A stretch of 32,000 nucleotides of DNA from Erysipelothrix inopinata (GTDB lineage Bacteria; Bacillota_I; Bacilli_A; Erysipelotrichales; Erysipelotrichaceae). A program made the translations under genes and the position numbers. Within the stretch, counting starts at the first letter, position 1, and every line of letters begins with the position of its first letter. Positions 16,358 to 24,590 of the stretch are shown here, piece after piece. The notes beneath the pieces are model-generated. The model saw only the letters and a list, made by a program, of their open reading frames with translations. It was not told the origin of the DNA and did no database searches. Where the stretch lies: positions 1,530,001 through 1,562,000 of the forward strand of contig NZ_CP060715.1 in assembly GCF_014396165.1 (NCBI RefSeq), in the 5' to 3' direction.

Positions 16358-16870
16358 ATGTTACTAAACGAATTGTATGACACAATTTATCCCAATACTG
16401 GCTTTTCGACAATTCGAAAAACTGCCCGTGCATTTGTAAAAAATGAGACAGATGAAATAGCGTTGATTCATATCAAAGCGGAAGATATCTTTGGACCACG
16501 TGATCACTATGAGAGTCCCGGTGGTGGCATTGAATTTGGTGAAAGTCGTGAAGACGCAATCAAACGAGAAGTATCAGAAGAACTTGGTTATAATTGCGAG
16601 ATTGAAAGTTATATGGGTTCAATCATTAACCGATATAACCTTCTTGAAGTTATTACAGTCCATCACTATTTTATCTGTAATTTAAAAGAAAAAACATCTG
16701 TAAATCTTACAGATGCTGAAGAAATTTTCTTTGAAGGCGTTGAATGGAAGTCAGTAGAAGAATGGATTGAAATTCTTTCAAAACCTCTTGAAGGGGTTAA
16801 CCAATTGGTTCATGACCGAGAGTTATTTATGTTAAATCAATACAAAATGTTACGGGACTCAAAGGAGTAG
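16358..16870 (+). CDS. NUDIX hydrolase
   Basis: The Nudix box GGGIEFGESREDAIKREVSEELG (GX5EX7REUXEEXGU) is present. Confidence 0.85.
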   Translation: MLLNELYDTIYPNTGFSTIRKTARAFVKNETDEIALIHIKAEDIFGPRDHYESPGGGIEFGESREDAIKREVSEELGYNCEIESYMGSIINRYNLLEVITVHHYFICNLKEKTSVNLTDAEEIFFEGVEWKSVEEWIEILSKPLEGVNQLVHDRELFMLNQYKMLRDSKE

Positions 16871-17339
16871 GGTAGTCAAGAACGATTACCTTTGCATTTA
16901 AACTTTCAATATATGCTTTTACTGCAAGGTACTCTTCATTTCCGCCAGGATGTCCTCGATAGCAGGAAATCACCAGAAAACTTTGAATATTTGGAATCAG
17001 CTTTTTCAATGATTCAACAGTTGATGAAGCTTCAGTGATAATTGATTTATCACTTCCAGGTAAATAGCCTAAATTGTATAATGCGCCTTCGATAGGCGCA
17101 TATTTTGTATAATCAACCTGTGAATGGTCGTTGTTAATGTATTCAATATTATCAAAATTTTGTGTGCGTACCTTAGTGTTCTCAATAGCGGTTATCTGGA
17201 TATCGATAGCAACGACTTTTTTTGAAAGTGGCGCTAAGAATAACGTATCGTAGCCATTACCACAAGTCATATCGATAACAGTTGAATTTCTTGTGATAAA
17301 TTGTTGGATCCATTGATGGTATTGTTCTTTATGATTCAT
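16827..17339 (-). CDS. mnmM: Class I SAM-dependent methyltransferase, YtqB/MnmM-like (tRNA mnm5s2U34 methyltransferase family)
   Basis: VIDMTCGNGYDTLFLA (SAM motif I), VAIDIQ and YNLGYLPGSD are present. The start is at 17339 (MNHKEQYH) with GAGGT 6 nt upstream. Confidence 0.6.
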   Translation of the reverse strand: MNHKEQYHQWIQQFITRNSTVIDMTCGNGYDTLFLAPLSKKVVAIDIQITAIENTKVRTQNFDNIEYINNDHSQVDYTKYAPIEGALYNLGYLPGSDKSIITEASSTVESLKKLIPNIQSFLVISCYRGHPGGNEEYLAVKAYIESLNAKVIVLDYPTPLSPVTFCIDLT

Positions 17340-17434
17340 TAGTTTACCTCGCGATATATTCATTCTAACAGGTTTTACTCGAAAGAAACTAAAAGTATCA
17401 AATTGTGATTAAATTTGTGTTAATTAGATAATGA

Positions 17435-17448
17435 TGAAAGCGTTGACA
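17435..17448 (+). promoter_or_regulatory. Catabolite-responsive element (cre) overlapping the -35 box of the PTS operon promoter
   Basis: TGAAAGCGTTGACA fits TGWAANCGNTNWCA at every position. The promoter is TTGACA (17443-17448) - 17 nt - TAAGAT (17466-17471). Confidence 0.7.
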
Positions 17449-17483
17449 TTAATACCTTTTATATGTAAGATAGAGGTGCTATA

Positions 17484-17539
17484 GGCGTGTGATGAAAAAG
17501 CATTAGCCAGAAAGGACTCTTTGAGAGTTTTTTCTGGCT
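17484..17539 (+). promoter_or_regulatory. RAT-like antiterminator hairpin overlapping a long intrinsic terminator (BglG/LicT-type control)
   Basis: The RAT-like stem is GGC-bulge-TGATG (17484-17494) pairing with CATTAGCC (17501-17508). The terminator is AGCCAGAAA (17505-17513) pairing with TTTCTGGCT (17531-17539), with an inner ACTCT/AGAGT stem, followed by TTT. The two structures share 17505-17508. Confidence 0.6.
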
Positions 17540-17567
17540 TTTATTATACACGCAAGGAGGAGAAAAT

Positions 17568-18995
17568 ATGGCGTTAAGTAACAAGGAGATAGCATTACAA
17601 GTTTTAGATGCTGTAGGTGGTGCAGAGAATGTGCTTACCAATGCAACATGTATGACACGACTCCATCTTACTTTTAGAGATGTTTCGAAAATTGATATTG
17701 AAACAATCAAAGGTATGGATGATGTTTTAGGAGTTGTAGATGGAGATGTGCTACAAATTGTATTTGGACCGGGGAAAGTAACAAAAATTGGTGATGAGGT
17801 TGCGAAATTAACACATCTTAACGTCACTGAGGATCCAATTGATTTAGAAGCAATTGCTAAAGAAAATAAAGCTAACATCAAAGCAAAGCAAACGCACCCA
17901 GTGCAACGCTTCTTTAAGAGTTTTGCAAATATCTTCTTACCGTTATTACCAGGGATTGCCGGTGCAGGATTAATCAATGGTATTACGAAAGCTTTAAACG
18001 TTTATACAAACAATGCTTATGTGAATGAATGGTGGTATGCACTCTTAATGACCATTGGTTGGGCATTGTTCCTATATTTACCAATCTTTGTTGGGATGAA
18101 TGCGGCCAAAGAATATAAGGGTTCCGCAATTTTAGGGGGTATTGGTGGTGCACTCTCAATTTCTAATGCTGCCATGCCACTTCTTAAAAAAGTAGGTGAG
18201 GGTGGAGCAATCCTTTTACCACTAACTAACGAACAATTTAATCCTGCTGCTGGTGGGATTTTAGCGGCGGTGTTTACAGGGATAGCATTTGCTTATCTTG
18301 AAAGATTTATCCGTAAGTTTGTTCCGGATATTTTAGATATGTTTGTAACACCACTTTTAACTTTAATCATTGGTGGTTTTGCTTCACTTCTAATCATTCA
18401 ACCATTTGGAGCATTCTTGACGAATGGAATCTTTGTTTCTGCTGACTTTATCTTTAATACAATGGGGGCATTTGGTGGCTTCATTTTAGCTACGGTTCAA
18501 TTACCACTTGTATCCGTCGGTCTTCACCGTGCATTTACACCGATTCATACAATGCTTAATAATCCAGACGGACCTACGGCTGGCGTTAACTATTTACTAC
18601 CAATCTTAATGGTAGCAGGTGGTGGACAAGTTGGTTCTGCTCTCGCACTCTATGTACGTACAAAAAATGAACGCTTGAAAAAAGCAATCTTAGCCTCAAC
18701 ACCTGCAGGGATTTTAGGAATTGGTGAACCGTTGATGTACGGGGTAACCTTGCCACTCATGAAACCATTCGTAATGGCATGTATTGGTTCGGGATTTGGT
18801 GGTGCCGTTATTTCACTTCTTGGAGTTGGAGCTATATCACAAGGTGTATCCGGTGTACTTGCACCACTTATTATGAATCCCGGGCATCAACTTCAATATC
18901 TGATTGGATTAGCTGTTGCTTATGCAGGTGGATTTGTTTTCACGTATTTCTTTGGCTATAATGAAGACAGAATTACTGAAATATTCGGTGAATAG
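17568..18995 (+). CDS. PTS transporter subunit EIIBC, glucose/sucrose/beta-glucoside/MurNAc superfamily (substrate unknown)
   Basis: The N-terminal EIIB domain has the phospho-Cys motif NATCMTRLHL. About 10 TM segments of EIIC follow (GIGEPLMYGV block). Confidence 0.85.
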   Translation: MALSNKEIALQVLDAVGGAENVLTNATCMTRLHLTFRDVSKIDIETIKGMDDVLGVVDGDVLQIVFGPGKVTKIGDEVAKLTHLNVTEDPIDLEAIAKENKANIKAKQTHPVQRFFKSFANIFLPLLPGIAGAGLINGITKALNVYTNNAYVNEWWYALLMTIGWALFLYLPIFVGMNAAKEYKGSAILGGIGGALSISNAAMPLLKKVGEGGAILLPLTNEQFNPAAGGILAAVFTGIAFAYLERFIRKFVPDILDMFVTPLLTLIIGGFASLLIIQPFGAFLTNGIFVSADFIFNTMGAFGGFILATVQLPLVSVGLHRAFTPIHTMLNNPDGPTAGVNYLLPILMVAGGGQVGSALALYVRTKNERLKKAILASTPAGILGIGEPLMYGVTLPLMKPFVMACIGSGFGGAVISLLGVGAISQGVSGVLAPLIMNPGHQLQYLIGLAVAYAGGFVFTYFFGYNEDRITEIFGE

Positions 18996-19009
18996 AAGAA
19001 GGTGAACCT

Positions 19010-19849
19010 ATGTTTGATATGCATATGCACACATGTGAGAGTGATGGAGAATTTGAACCGTATGAACTCATACGAAGAGTCAAAGACCAAGGGATTGAGG
19101 AATTCTCGATAACCGATCACAATCACTGTTTAGCTTATACTAAAATTGATTATAAAAATATTCGTGGTCTTCATGTAGGTACTGAAATTGCGACATCCTA
19201 CAAAGGAACAATTATTGAAGTATTGGGATACGATGTGGATCCTAACATTATCAACACGTGGTATCAGGAATTTTTTAGTGATGCTAATCTCAAGTTAATT
19301 GAAACAACACTCTTTAATCGACTGGTAGAAATTGCTAACAAACAAGGCCTGATTTTATCAGACAATTTAAAATTAGAAAAAATAGAAAAAGGAATTTCAA
19401 AGAAAACAGTTTACCACAATCTTGTAGAGCATAATGAAGGCTTTGAATTCACTACATATAAGTCATTCTTCAGGAAAGGATTGTGTAATCCAGAGTCCGT
19501 TTACTTTATTAATGAGGCGGATACCTATCCTTCTTTAAATGAGGTTGTAGCTCTTATTCATAAAGCAGGTGGCAAAGCAATTCTAGCGCATCCTTATGAG
19601 TATGGGGTTGAAGATCTCAATGACTTGTTTGAAATGGTACGCAGTGCTAATATCGACGGTATTGAGTGTTTTCATCCATCTGCATCGATGCGAGCAGGTT
19701 TAGAAATTATGAACTATAACCGTCAACATAAAATGATTGGTAGTGGTGGTAGTGATTTTCATCGACTATCTAAGTGTATTCCGATAGGCGTACATTTGGC
19801 GAAGGATGTTGAGATGGATGAACTGTTTGATTGGATTCGAAAGGATTAG
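19010..19849 (+). CDS. PHP-domain (polymerase and histidinol phosphatase family) metal-dependent phosphoesterase
   Basis: MFDMHMHTCESDG (HxH), ITDHN, AHP and GGSDFH motifs are present. Confidence 0.75.
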   Translation: MFDMHMHTCESDGEFEPYELIRRVKDQGIEEFSITDHNHCLAYTKIDYKNIRGLHVGTEIATSYKGTIIEVLGYDVDPNIINTWYQEFFSDANLKLIETTLFNRLVEIANKQGLILSDNLKLEKIEKGISKKTVYHNLVEHNEGFEFTTYKSFFRKGLCNPESVYFINEADTYPSLNEVVALIHKAGGKAILAHPYEYGVEDLNDLFEMVRSANIDGIECFHPSASMRAGLEIMNYNRQHKMIGSGGSDFHRLSKCIPIGVHLAKDVEMDELFDWIRKD

Positions 19850-19852
19850 TTT

Positions 19853-20305
19853 ATGGAATCATTTAAAGCAATATGTGATGGAAGAATCATTTCACTTCAA
19901 GAGGTGAGTGATCCCGTTTTTAGTGAAAAGATGATGGGAGATGGATGTGCTTTTCTTCCAAGTGGGAGCGTTGTTAGCGCGCCACTTAGTGGTGAGGTTA
20001 CCATGATTTATCCTACGGGTCATGCCTTAGGGATAACCACAGATGAAGGATTTGAAGTTTTGATTCATGTCGGGTTGAACTCTTTTACATTAGGAGATCA
20101 AGCCATTCGTCAATGTGTTAAAGTAGGGGACCGTGTTAGCTCGGGACAACAATTACTTGATGTTGATTTTGATATTTTTAGAGCGAATAACATTGACACT
20201 GTAATTCCAGTTGTCTTTACTTCAGGACAACGCATTGAATTATCAGGTGCATCAGAAGTCGTGATGGGACAAGAGTCCATCGTAACGATTTATGAAGAAT
20301 CCTAA
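19853..20305 (+). CDS. PTS EIIA component, glucose family
   Basis: DPVFSEKMMGDG, the phospho-His region PTGHALGI and the second His in VLIHVGL are present. Confidence 0.85.
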   Translation: MESFKAICDGRIISLQEVSDPVFSEKMMGDGCAFLPSGSVVSAPLSGEVTMIYPTGHALGITTDEGFEVLIHVGLNSFTLGDQAIRQCVKVGDRVSSGQQLLDVDFDIFRANNIDTVIPVVFTSGQRIELSGASEVVMGQESIVTIYEES

Positions 20306-21122
20306 TTACTATAAAATTTTGAAAGTCGTAAGTAATAACTGCCTTCTCGTGAAAGATGGTGATCATGAAATGATGATCATTGCGAAAGGAATCGGTTTTA
20401 AACGCAGTCAAGGTGAAAGTATTTCCAAACATACGGCTGTCGAAAAAACATATCAGTTAATTTCAGATCAAGATTTTCAAAATCAAAGTGCACAACCTGA
20501 ATTGATTGTAAGAAAAACTGCTGAAATTTTAAATATTATTGGAGAACACACCGAAGTGGATGGTTTAGAAGATACATTTAAATCTTTATCGAATCACATT
20601 TCCGCAATGTTAATTCGTATTGAACACGGTGAAAACATTCGAAACCCTTTCCACAGTGAAACAAAAATACTGTATAAAGAAAGTTATGATTGTTCGGTTA
20701 AGATTGCGAAGGATATCGAAAACAAGCTTTCCATCGTGTTGCCAGATGCAGAAATTGACTTCTTGACTCTATATGTTCATTCAATGCAAAGTGACCAAGA
20801 AACATCGTATGTTAAACATCTAAATGCAATTGTCTATGATGTTGTCGACTGTCTGGAACAAACTGAGTCGTTTCAGTTAGATCGCAATTCTTTAAATTAT
20901 GCACGATTTATTATTCATATTAAATTTTTAATTCAACGAGTTTTAAAACAAGAAGATTTCACAGAAATTGAGGGCATTGAGGTTATAATCGAGCAATATT
21001 CTCAGCACCGTGAACTTGGGGAGACGATTTTAAAAATTATTGAATCAAACCTTGATTGCTCACTTAATCACCAAGAACTCGCGTATGTAATGTTGCATTT
21101 AGCGCGGCTAAATCTTAACTAA
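20292..21122 (+). CDS. BglG/LicT/SacY-family transcription antiterminator (CAT RNA-binding domain plus two PRDs)
   Basis: The CAT domain is KILKVVSNNCLLVKDGDHEMMIIAKGIGFKRSQGESI, followed by PRD-like helical regions with conserved His. It overlaps the EIIA gene by 14 nt. Confidence 0.85.
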   Translation: MKNPNYYKILKVVSNNCLLVKDGDHEMMIIAKGIGFKRSQGESISKHTAVEKTYQLISDQDFQNQSAQPELIVRKTAEILNIIGEHTEVDGLEDTFKSLSNHISAMLIRIEHGENIRNPFHSETKILYKESYDCSVKIAKDIENKLSIVLPDAEIDFLTLYVHSMQSDQETSYVKHLNAIVYDVVDCLEQTESFQLDRNSLNYARFIIHIKFLIQRVLKQEDFTEIEGIEVIIEQYSQHRELGETILKIIESNLDCSLNHQELAYVMLHLARLNLN

Positions 21123-21127
21123 AATAG

Positions 21128-21152
21128 AAAACCGGATCGTGTCCGGTTTTTT
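21128..21152 (+). terminator. Intrinsic terminator of the PTS operon
   Basis: AAAACCGGA pairs with TCCGGTTTT across a 5-nt loop, followed by a T-run. Confidence 0.85.
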
Positions 21153-21205
21153 ATTATATGAAGGGCTTTCATGATTAAATGTGTAATAGTATGTGAAAAT
21201 TCTTA

Positions 21206-21235
21206 ATTGACTAATGGTCAATACTGTTTTATAAT
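21206..21235 (+). promoter_or_regulatory. Consensus sigma-A promoter with an inverted repeat (candidate TetR operator) across the -35 box
   Basis: The promoter is TTGACT (21207-21212) - 17 nt - TATAAT (21230-21235). The inverted repeat is ATTGAC (21206-21211) and GTCAAT (21217-21222), separated by 5 nt. Confidence 0.6.
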
Positions 21236-21257
21236 TTAAAAAATTGGAGTTGGAACT

Positions 21258-21863
21258 ATGGCAGAACATAAATTACCCGAAATAAGAAAACAAGAGATTA
21301 TTGAAACAGCATTTGCATTATTCGTTGAGAAGGGTGTTGAAAAAACATCGGTTACTCAGATTGCGAAGTCGGTAGGTGTTGCAAAGGGGTTACTCTATTA
21401 TTATTTCAAATCAAAAGATGAAATACTTGAAGCAGTCGTCGAAGATTTGTGTAAAGATCAAATTGAAATTTTAAATGAAAGTTTGAGTCATCAAGAATAT
21501 GATGTTTTAGATAAAGTATTAATTTTATTAAACACATTTTCTGATATTCATCCTTATCATGGTCTTCAACAAGCACATCTCATGCAAGACGATGCATATC
21601 TTATTGCTTTGTTTCATAAACGCTATCTTAGTTTTTCAGAAAAGATTCTTGATGATCTTATTGAAGAAGGTCAATCACAGGGATATTTCCAAATCTTACA
21701 TCCTAAGTTGATGTTTGTTGTTACTTTGGAAGGTCTCTATGACTTAATGAAAATGAGAAGGTTAACTCGAATTGAGATTACAGATATCATGGAACAATCC
21801 TTAGGACTGCCAGTTCATTCTTTATATGAACGTTCCGATAGTTATCTAACCAATTTTTATTAG
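21258..21863 (+). CDS. TetR/AcrR-family transcriptional regulator
   Basis: The N-terminal HTH is IIETAFALFVEKGVEKTSVTQIAKSVGVAKGLLYYYFKSKDEIL. Confidence 0.9.
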   Translation: MAEHKLPEIRKQEIIETAFALFVEKGVEKTSVTQIAKSVGVAKGLLYYYFKSKDEILEAVVEDLCKDQIEILNESLSHQEYDVLDKVLILLNTFSDIHPYHGLQQAHLMQDDAYLIALFHKRYLSFSEKILDDLIEEGQSQGYFQILHPKLMFVVTLEGLYDLMKMRRLTRIEITDIMEQSLGLPVHSLYERSDSYLTNFY

Positions 21864-21876
21864 AAAGGGTGAGGTT

Positions 21877-22197
21877 TTGGAAGAAAAAGTAGAAAAAATC
21901 GTTGCTGCAGAAACACAATATCAATATACTGTAGAACAATTAACACAAGTTTATGATGATATCATCAGTGACTATCGAGCACAAGGATATCAAGACAGTG
22001 CAGAGTTATATCGAGAACTTGAAGATTATGAAAAAGAACTGAATCAAAAGGCTAGAAATAATGCATTGGATGAACAAGCAAAACTTGAAGAAATATGTGA
22101 GCTTAAGAAAAAAGAAGTTGCAGAGATTTTTGAGCAAAAACATAAAGAAGCACTCGATGTAATTGTTAGGGAGGTGTTTGAGTTTGGCGATTGTTAA
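21877..22197 (+). CDS. V-type ATPase small peripheral-stalk subunit (G-like; NtpF position of the E. hirae ntp operon), TTG start
   Basis: It is a 106-aa all-helical charged protein immediately 5' of subunit I, 13 nt after the tetR stop. The assignment is by position and composition only. Confidence 0.5.
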   Translation: MEEKVEKIVAAETQYQYTVEQLTQVYDDIISDYRAQGYQDSAELYRELEDYEKELNQKARNNALDEQAKLEEICELKKKEVAEIFEQKHKEALDVIVREVFEFGDC

Positions 22198-24109
22198 AAT
22201 GAGCGAATATAAACTCTTCATAAAAAATAGTGATGTTGACTCAGTAATGAAACGATTTCAGGGATACCAATCCGTAATGTTTTCTGAATTTGATGGGTCG
22301 ATAGATGGCTTCTCAAGATATGAGTCAACTTATAATTTTGAGGCAAATTCAGAGAAACAGGAACATATACAAACCATTTTAAAGAAATTGAAAAATATTG
22401 ATAAGAAAAATAAAAAGAAAGCGCGCTTTAATCAATTAGGAATTCAAGCTATGGATTTTTCAGAATTAGAGACGTTAACTTTAGAACACAGTTTGGATGG
22501 CATTACGGATTTATTCTTAGAGTTTAATGAACAGGATAAAAGAGCCTTTAAACAATTTACACATCACAGCCCACTGAGAAAGCGTCGTTTATCAAGTGGT
22601 GAAATCAAAGACTTGATTGAACAAAAGCCAATTATTGGAAATGTACCGGCTGAGAATGTGAATGAAATGTTACATGAGTTAGAACGTTTAGATTCAATCT
22701 ATTTCATGCATAAATTTGAAAAGAATGATCAATATGCAGTATTTATTATTTTACCTTCATCAGAGCATTATGAAACGGTGAAGATTATTGCTGATAAGTA
22801 TGATATTGAATATCGTTCATCAGCTTCATTACATATCCAAGATATCGTAACGAAGATGAAAATTACACTACAAACTATTTTAGATAAACGTGAGAATGAG
22901 CAAGAATTACTTTCACAGGTTAGTCTCTATACAGAAATTTTACAAGCCCATTATGAAGCACTTCGTAATGAAGCATTACGAGAGCAAGAAAAACTAAAAT
23001 TCATGTGTACAGAACATGTCACTTGTTTGACAGGGTGGATTGAAACGGATGAGGAAGAGACATTCCGAGCAATTATTGATGAGGCGACTCAATCAGCTTA
23101 TGATCTTGAGTGCACTCCTGCACCGGTACATTCTCGTGAGGTCCCCATTAAACTTCGTAACAAACGTTTCGCAAGAGCGTTTGAACCGATTACTAATATG
23201 TACTCACAGCCTCAATATAATGAACTTGATCCTACACCAATTTTTGCGCCATTCTATGCATTCTTCTTCGGAATGATGTTAGCAGATGCGGGGTATGGAA
23301 TCGTTATGGCAATTACGATGTTCTTTGTTTTAAAGAAAGTAACATTAAAACCAAGTACAGAGGACATGGTTCGTCTCTTACTTTATGTTAGTGTTCCAAC
23401 AATATTCTGGGGACTGATATATGGCTCATTCTTCGGAGGTCTTGTACCGCTAACACCTATTATTGATATTAATAACGATTACAATCGGGTTCTCATCATG
23501 GCATTAATGTTTGGTGTTGTACATCTGTTTGTAGGTCTTGGTGTTAAGGGATATATTTATTATCGAGACTATAAGAAACGTTACATACTTTATGATGTCA
23601 TCTTCTGGTATCTTACTTTAGTAGGAGTTGGTGTACTTGTGACACAACTCTTTACGGATGCACTTGTTCAATATCAAGATCCAGCAAAAATTGCAATGAT
23701 TGTTGGTATGGTAGGTATTGTTCTTACTAACGGTAGAAATGCTAAATCAATAGGGGGTAAAGCTGCAGGTGGACTCTACAGTCTCTATGGTCTAACCAAC
23801 TATCTCGGTGATGTTGTTTCATACTCACGTTTGATGGCGTTAGGTTTAGCGGGAGCATCGATTGGTGTTGCCTTTAATATGATGGTAGATATGGTTAGTG
23901 GTATGGGAGTGATTGGTGTGATTGCCGGAGTGATTATCTTTGTAATCGGTCATACTTTCAACCTCTTAATTAGTGGTTTAAGTTCTTATGTGCATTCAGC
24001 ACGTTTAACATATGTTGAGTTTTTCGGTAAATTCTTTATTGGTGGCGGAAAGCCGTTTAAGAATTTTGTTGCAGATCCAACATATATCAAATTAGAAAAG
24101 GAGTTATAA
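22184..24109 (+). CDS. ntpI: V-type ATPase subunit I (a-type membrane/stator subunit)
   Basis: Starting at TTG 22184 gives (M)AIVKMSEYKLFI, a typical subunit I N-terminus. GGGAGGTG (22169-22176) lies 7 nt upstream. The C-terminal half is polytopic with the conserved Arg context SYSRLMALGLA. Confidence 0.85.
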   Translation: MAIVKMSEYKLFIKNSDVDSVMKRFQGYQSVMFSEFDGSIDGFSRYESTYNFEANSEKQEHIQTILKKLKNIDKKNKKKARFNQLGIQAMDFSELETLTLEHSLDGITDLFLEFNEQDKRAFKQFTHHSPLRKRRLSSGEIKDLIEQKPIIGNVPAENVNEMLHELERLDSIYFMHKFEKNDQYAVFIILPSSEHYETVKIIADKYDIEYRSSASLHIQDIVTKMKITLQTILDKRENEQELLSQVSLYTEILQAHYEALRNEALREQEKLKFMCTEHVTCLTGWIETDEEETFRAIIDEATQSAYDLECTPAPVHSREVPIKLRNKRFARAFEPITNMYSQPQYNELDPTPIFAPFYAFFFGMMLADAGYGIVMAITMFFVLKKVTLKPSTEDMVRLLLYVSVPTIFWGLIYGSFFGGLVPLTPIIDINNDYNRVLIMALMFGVVHLFVGLGVKGYIYYRDYKKRYILYDVIFWYLTLVGVGVLVTQLFTDALVQYQDPAKIAMIVGMVGIVLTNGRNAKSIGGKAAGGLYSLYGLTNYLGDVVSYSRLMALGLAGASIGVAFNMMVDMVSGMGVIGVIAGVIIFVIGHTFNLLISGLSSYVHSARLTYVEFFGKFFIGGGKPFKNFVADPTYIKLEKEL

Positions 24110-24110
24110 T

Positions 24111-24590
24111 ATGACATTCATGGAATATTTTTTAGAATATGGTGGTCTGGTTTTCGCAGTTTTAGGAATGGCTCTTGTTGTAGCAATCCCAGGATACAAC
24201 AGTGGTAAAGGAGTAGGGATGGTCGGAGAAGCCTGTACAGGGCTTATCGTGGACGAACCGGATAAGTTTGGTAAGAGTTTACTTCTACAGATGATGCCTG
24301 CGTCACAAGGGCTTTATGGCTTTGTTATCGCAATCATGACTTTAAGTCGTTTACACGTTGGTATGGGTCTTCAAGAAGGATTTTATATCTTAATGGGATG
24401 TTTACCGATGGCAATTGTAGGGGGACCTACAGCGATAGCTCAAGCACGTGTTGCGATTTCAGGGGTACATCTTCTTGCGCGTAATGAAAATGAAATGACA
24501 AAAAATATCATTTATGCAGTTATGGTTGAAACCTATGCACTTCTTGCTTTCGTATCATCAATCATTATCTTAAGTACGGTGACATTCTAA
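24111..24590 (+). CDS. ntpK: V-type ATPase proteolipid subunit K (16-kDa, 4-TM duplicated c-type)
   Basis: It is near-colinear with E. hirae NtpK as I recall it: GKGVGMVGEA, PASQGLYGFVIA, AIAQARVA and the essential Glu in AVMVETYALLAF. Confidence 0.9.
   Translation: MTFMEYFLEYGGLVFAVLGMALVVAIPGYNSGKGVGMVGEACTGLIVDEPDKFGKSLLLQMMPASQGLYGFVIAIMTLSRLHVGMGLQEGFYILMGCLPMAIVGGPTAIAQARVAISGVHLLARNENEMTKNIIYAVMVETYALLAFVSSIIILSTVTF

Noticed and set aside
17459-17977. 172-aa minus-strand ORF, the longest unassigned ORF in the track
   Set aside because: It is antisense to the EIIB/EIIC coding region and runs across the PTS leader, terminator and promoter. It has low-complexity Ser/Thr/Pro/Ile composition, no RBS and no recognisable domain. 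It is a shadow ORF of the strongly supported plus-strand gene.
22163-22201. Alternative starts for V-ATPase subunit I (TTG 22163 from the track, ATG 22199)
   Set aside because: Only TTG 22184 has a properly spaced strong RBS (GGGAGGTG, 7 nt upstream), and it yields the family-typical (M)AIVKM N-terminus.
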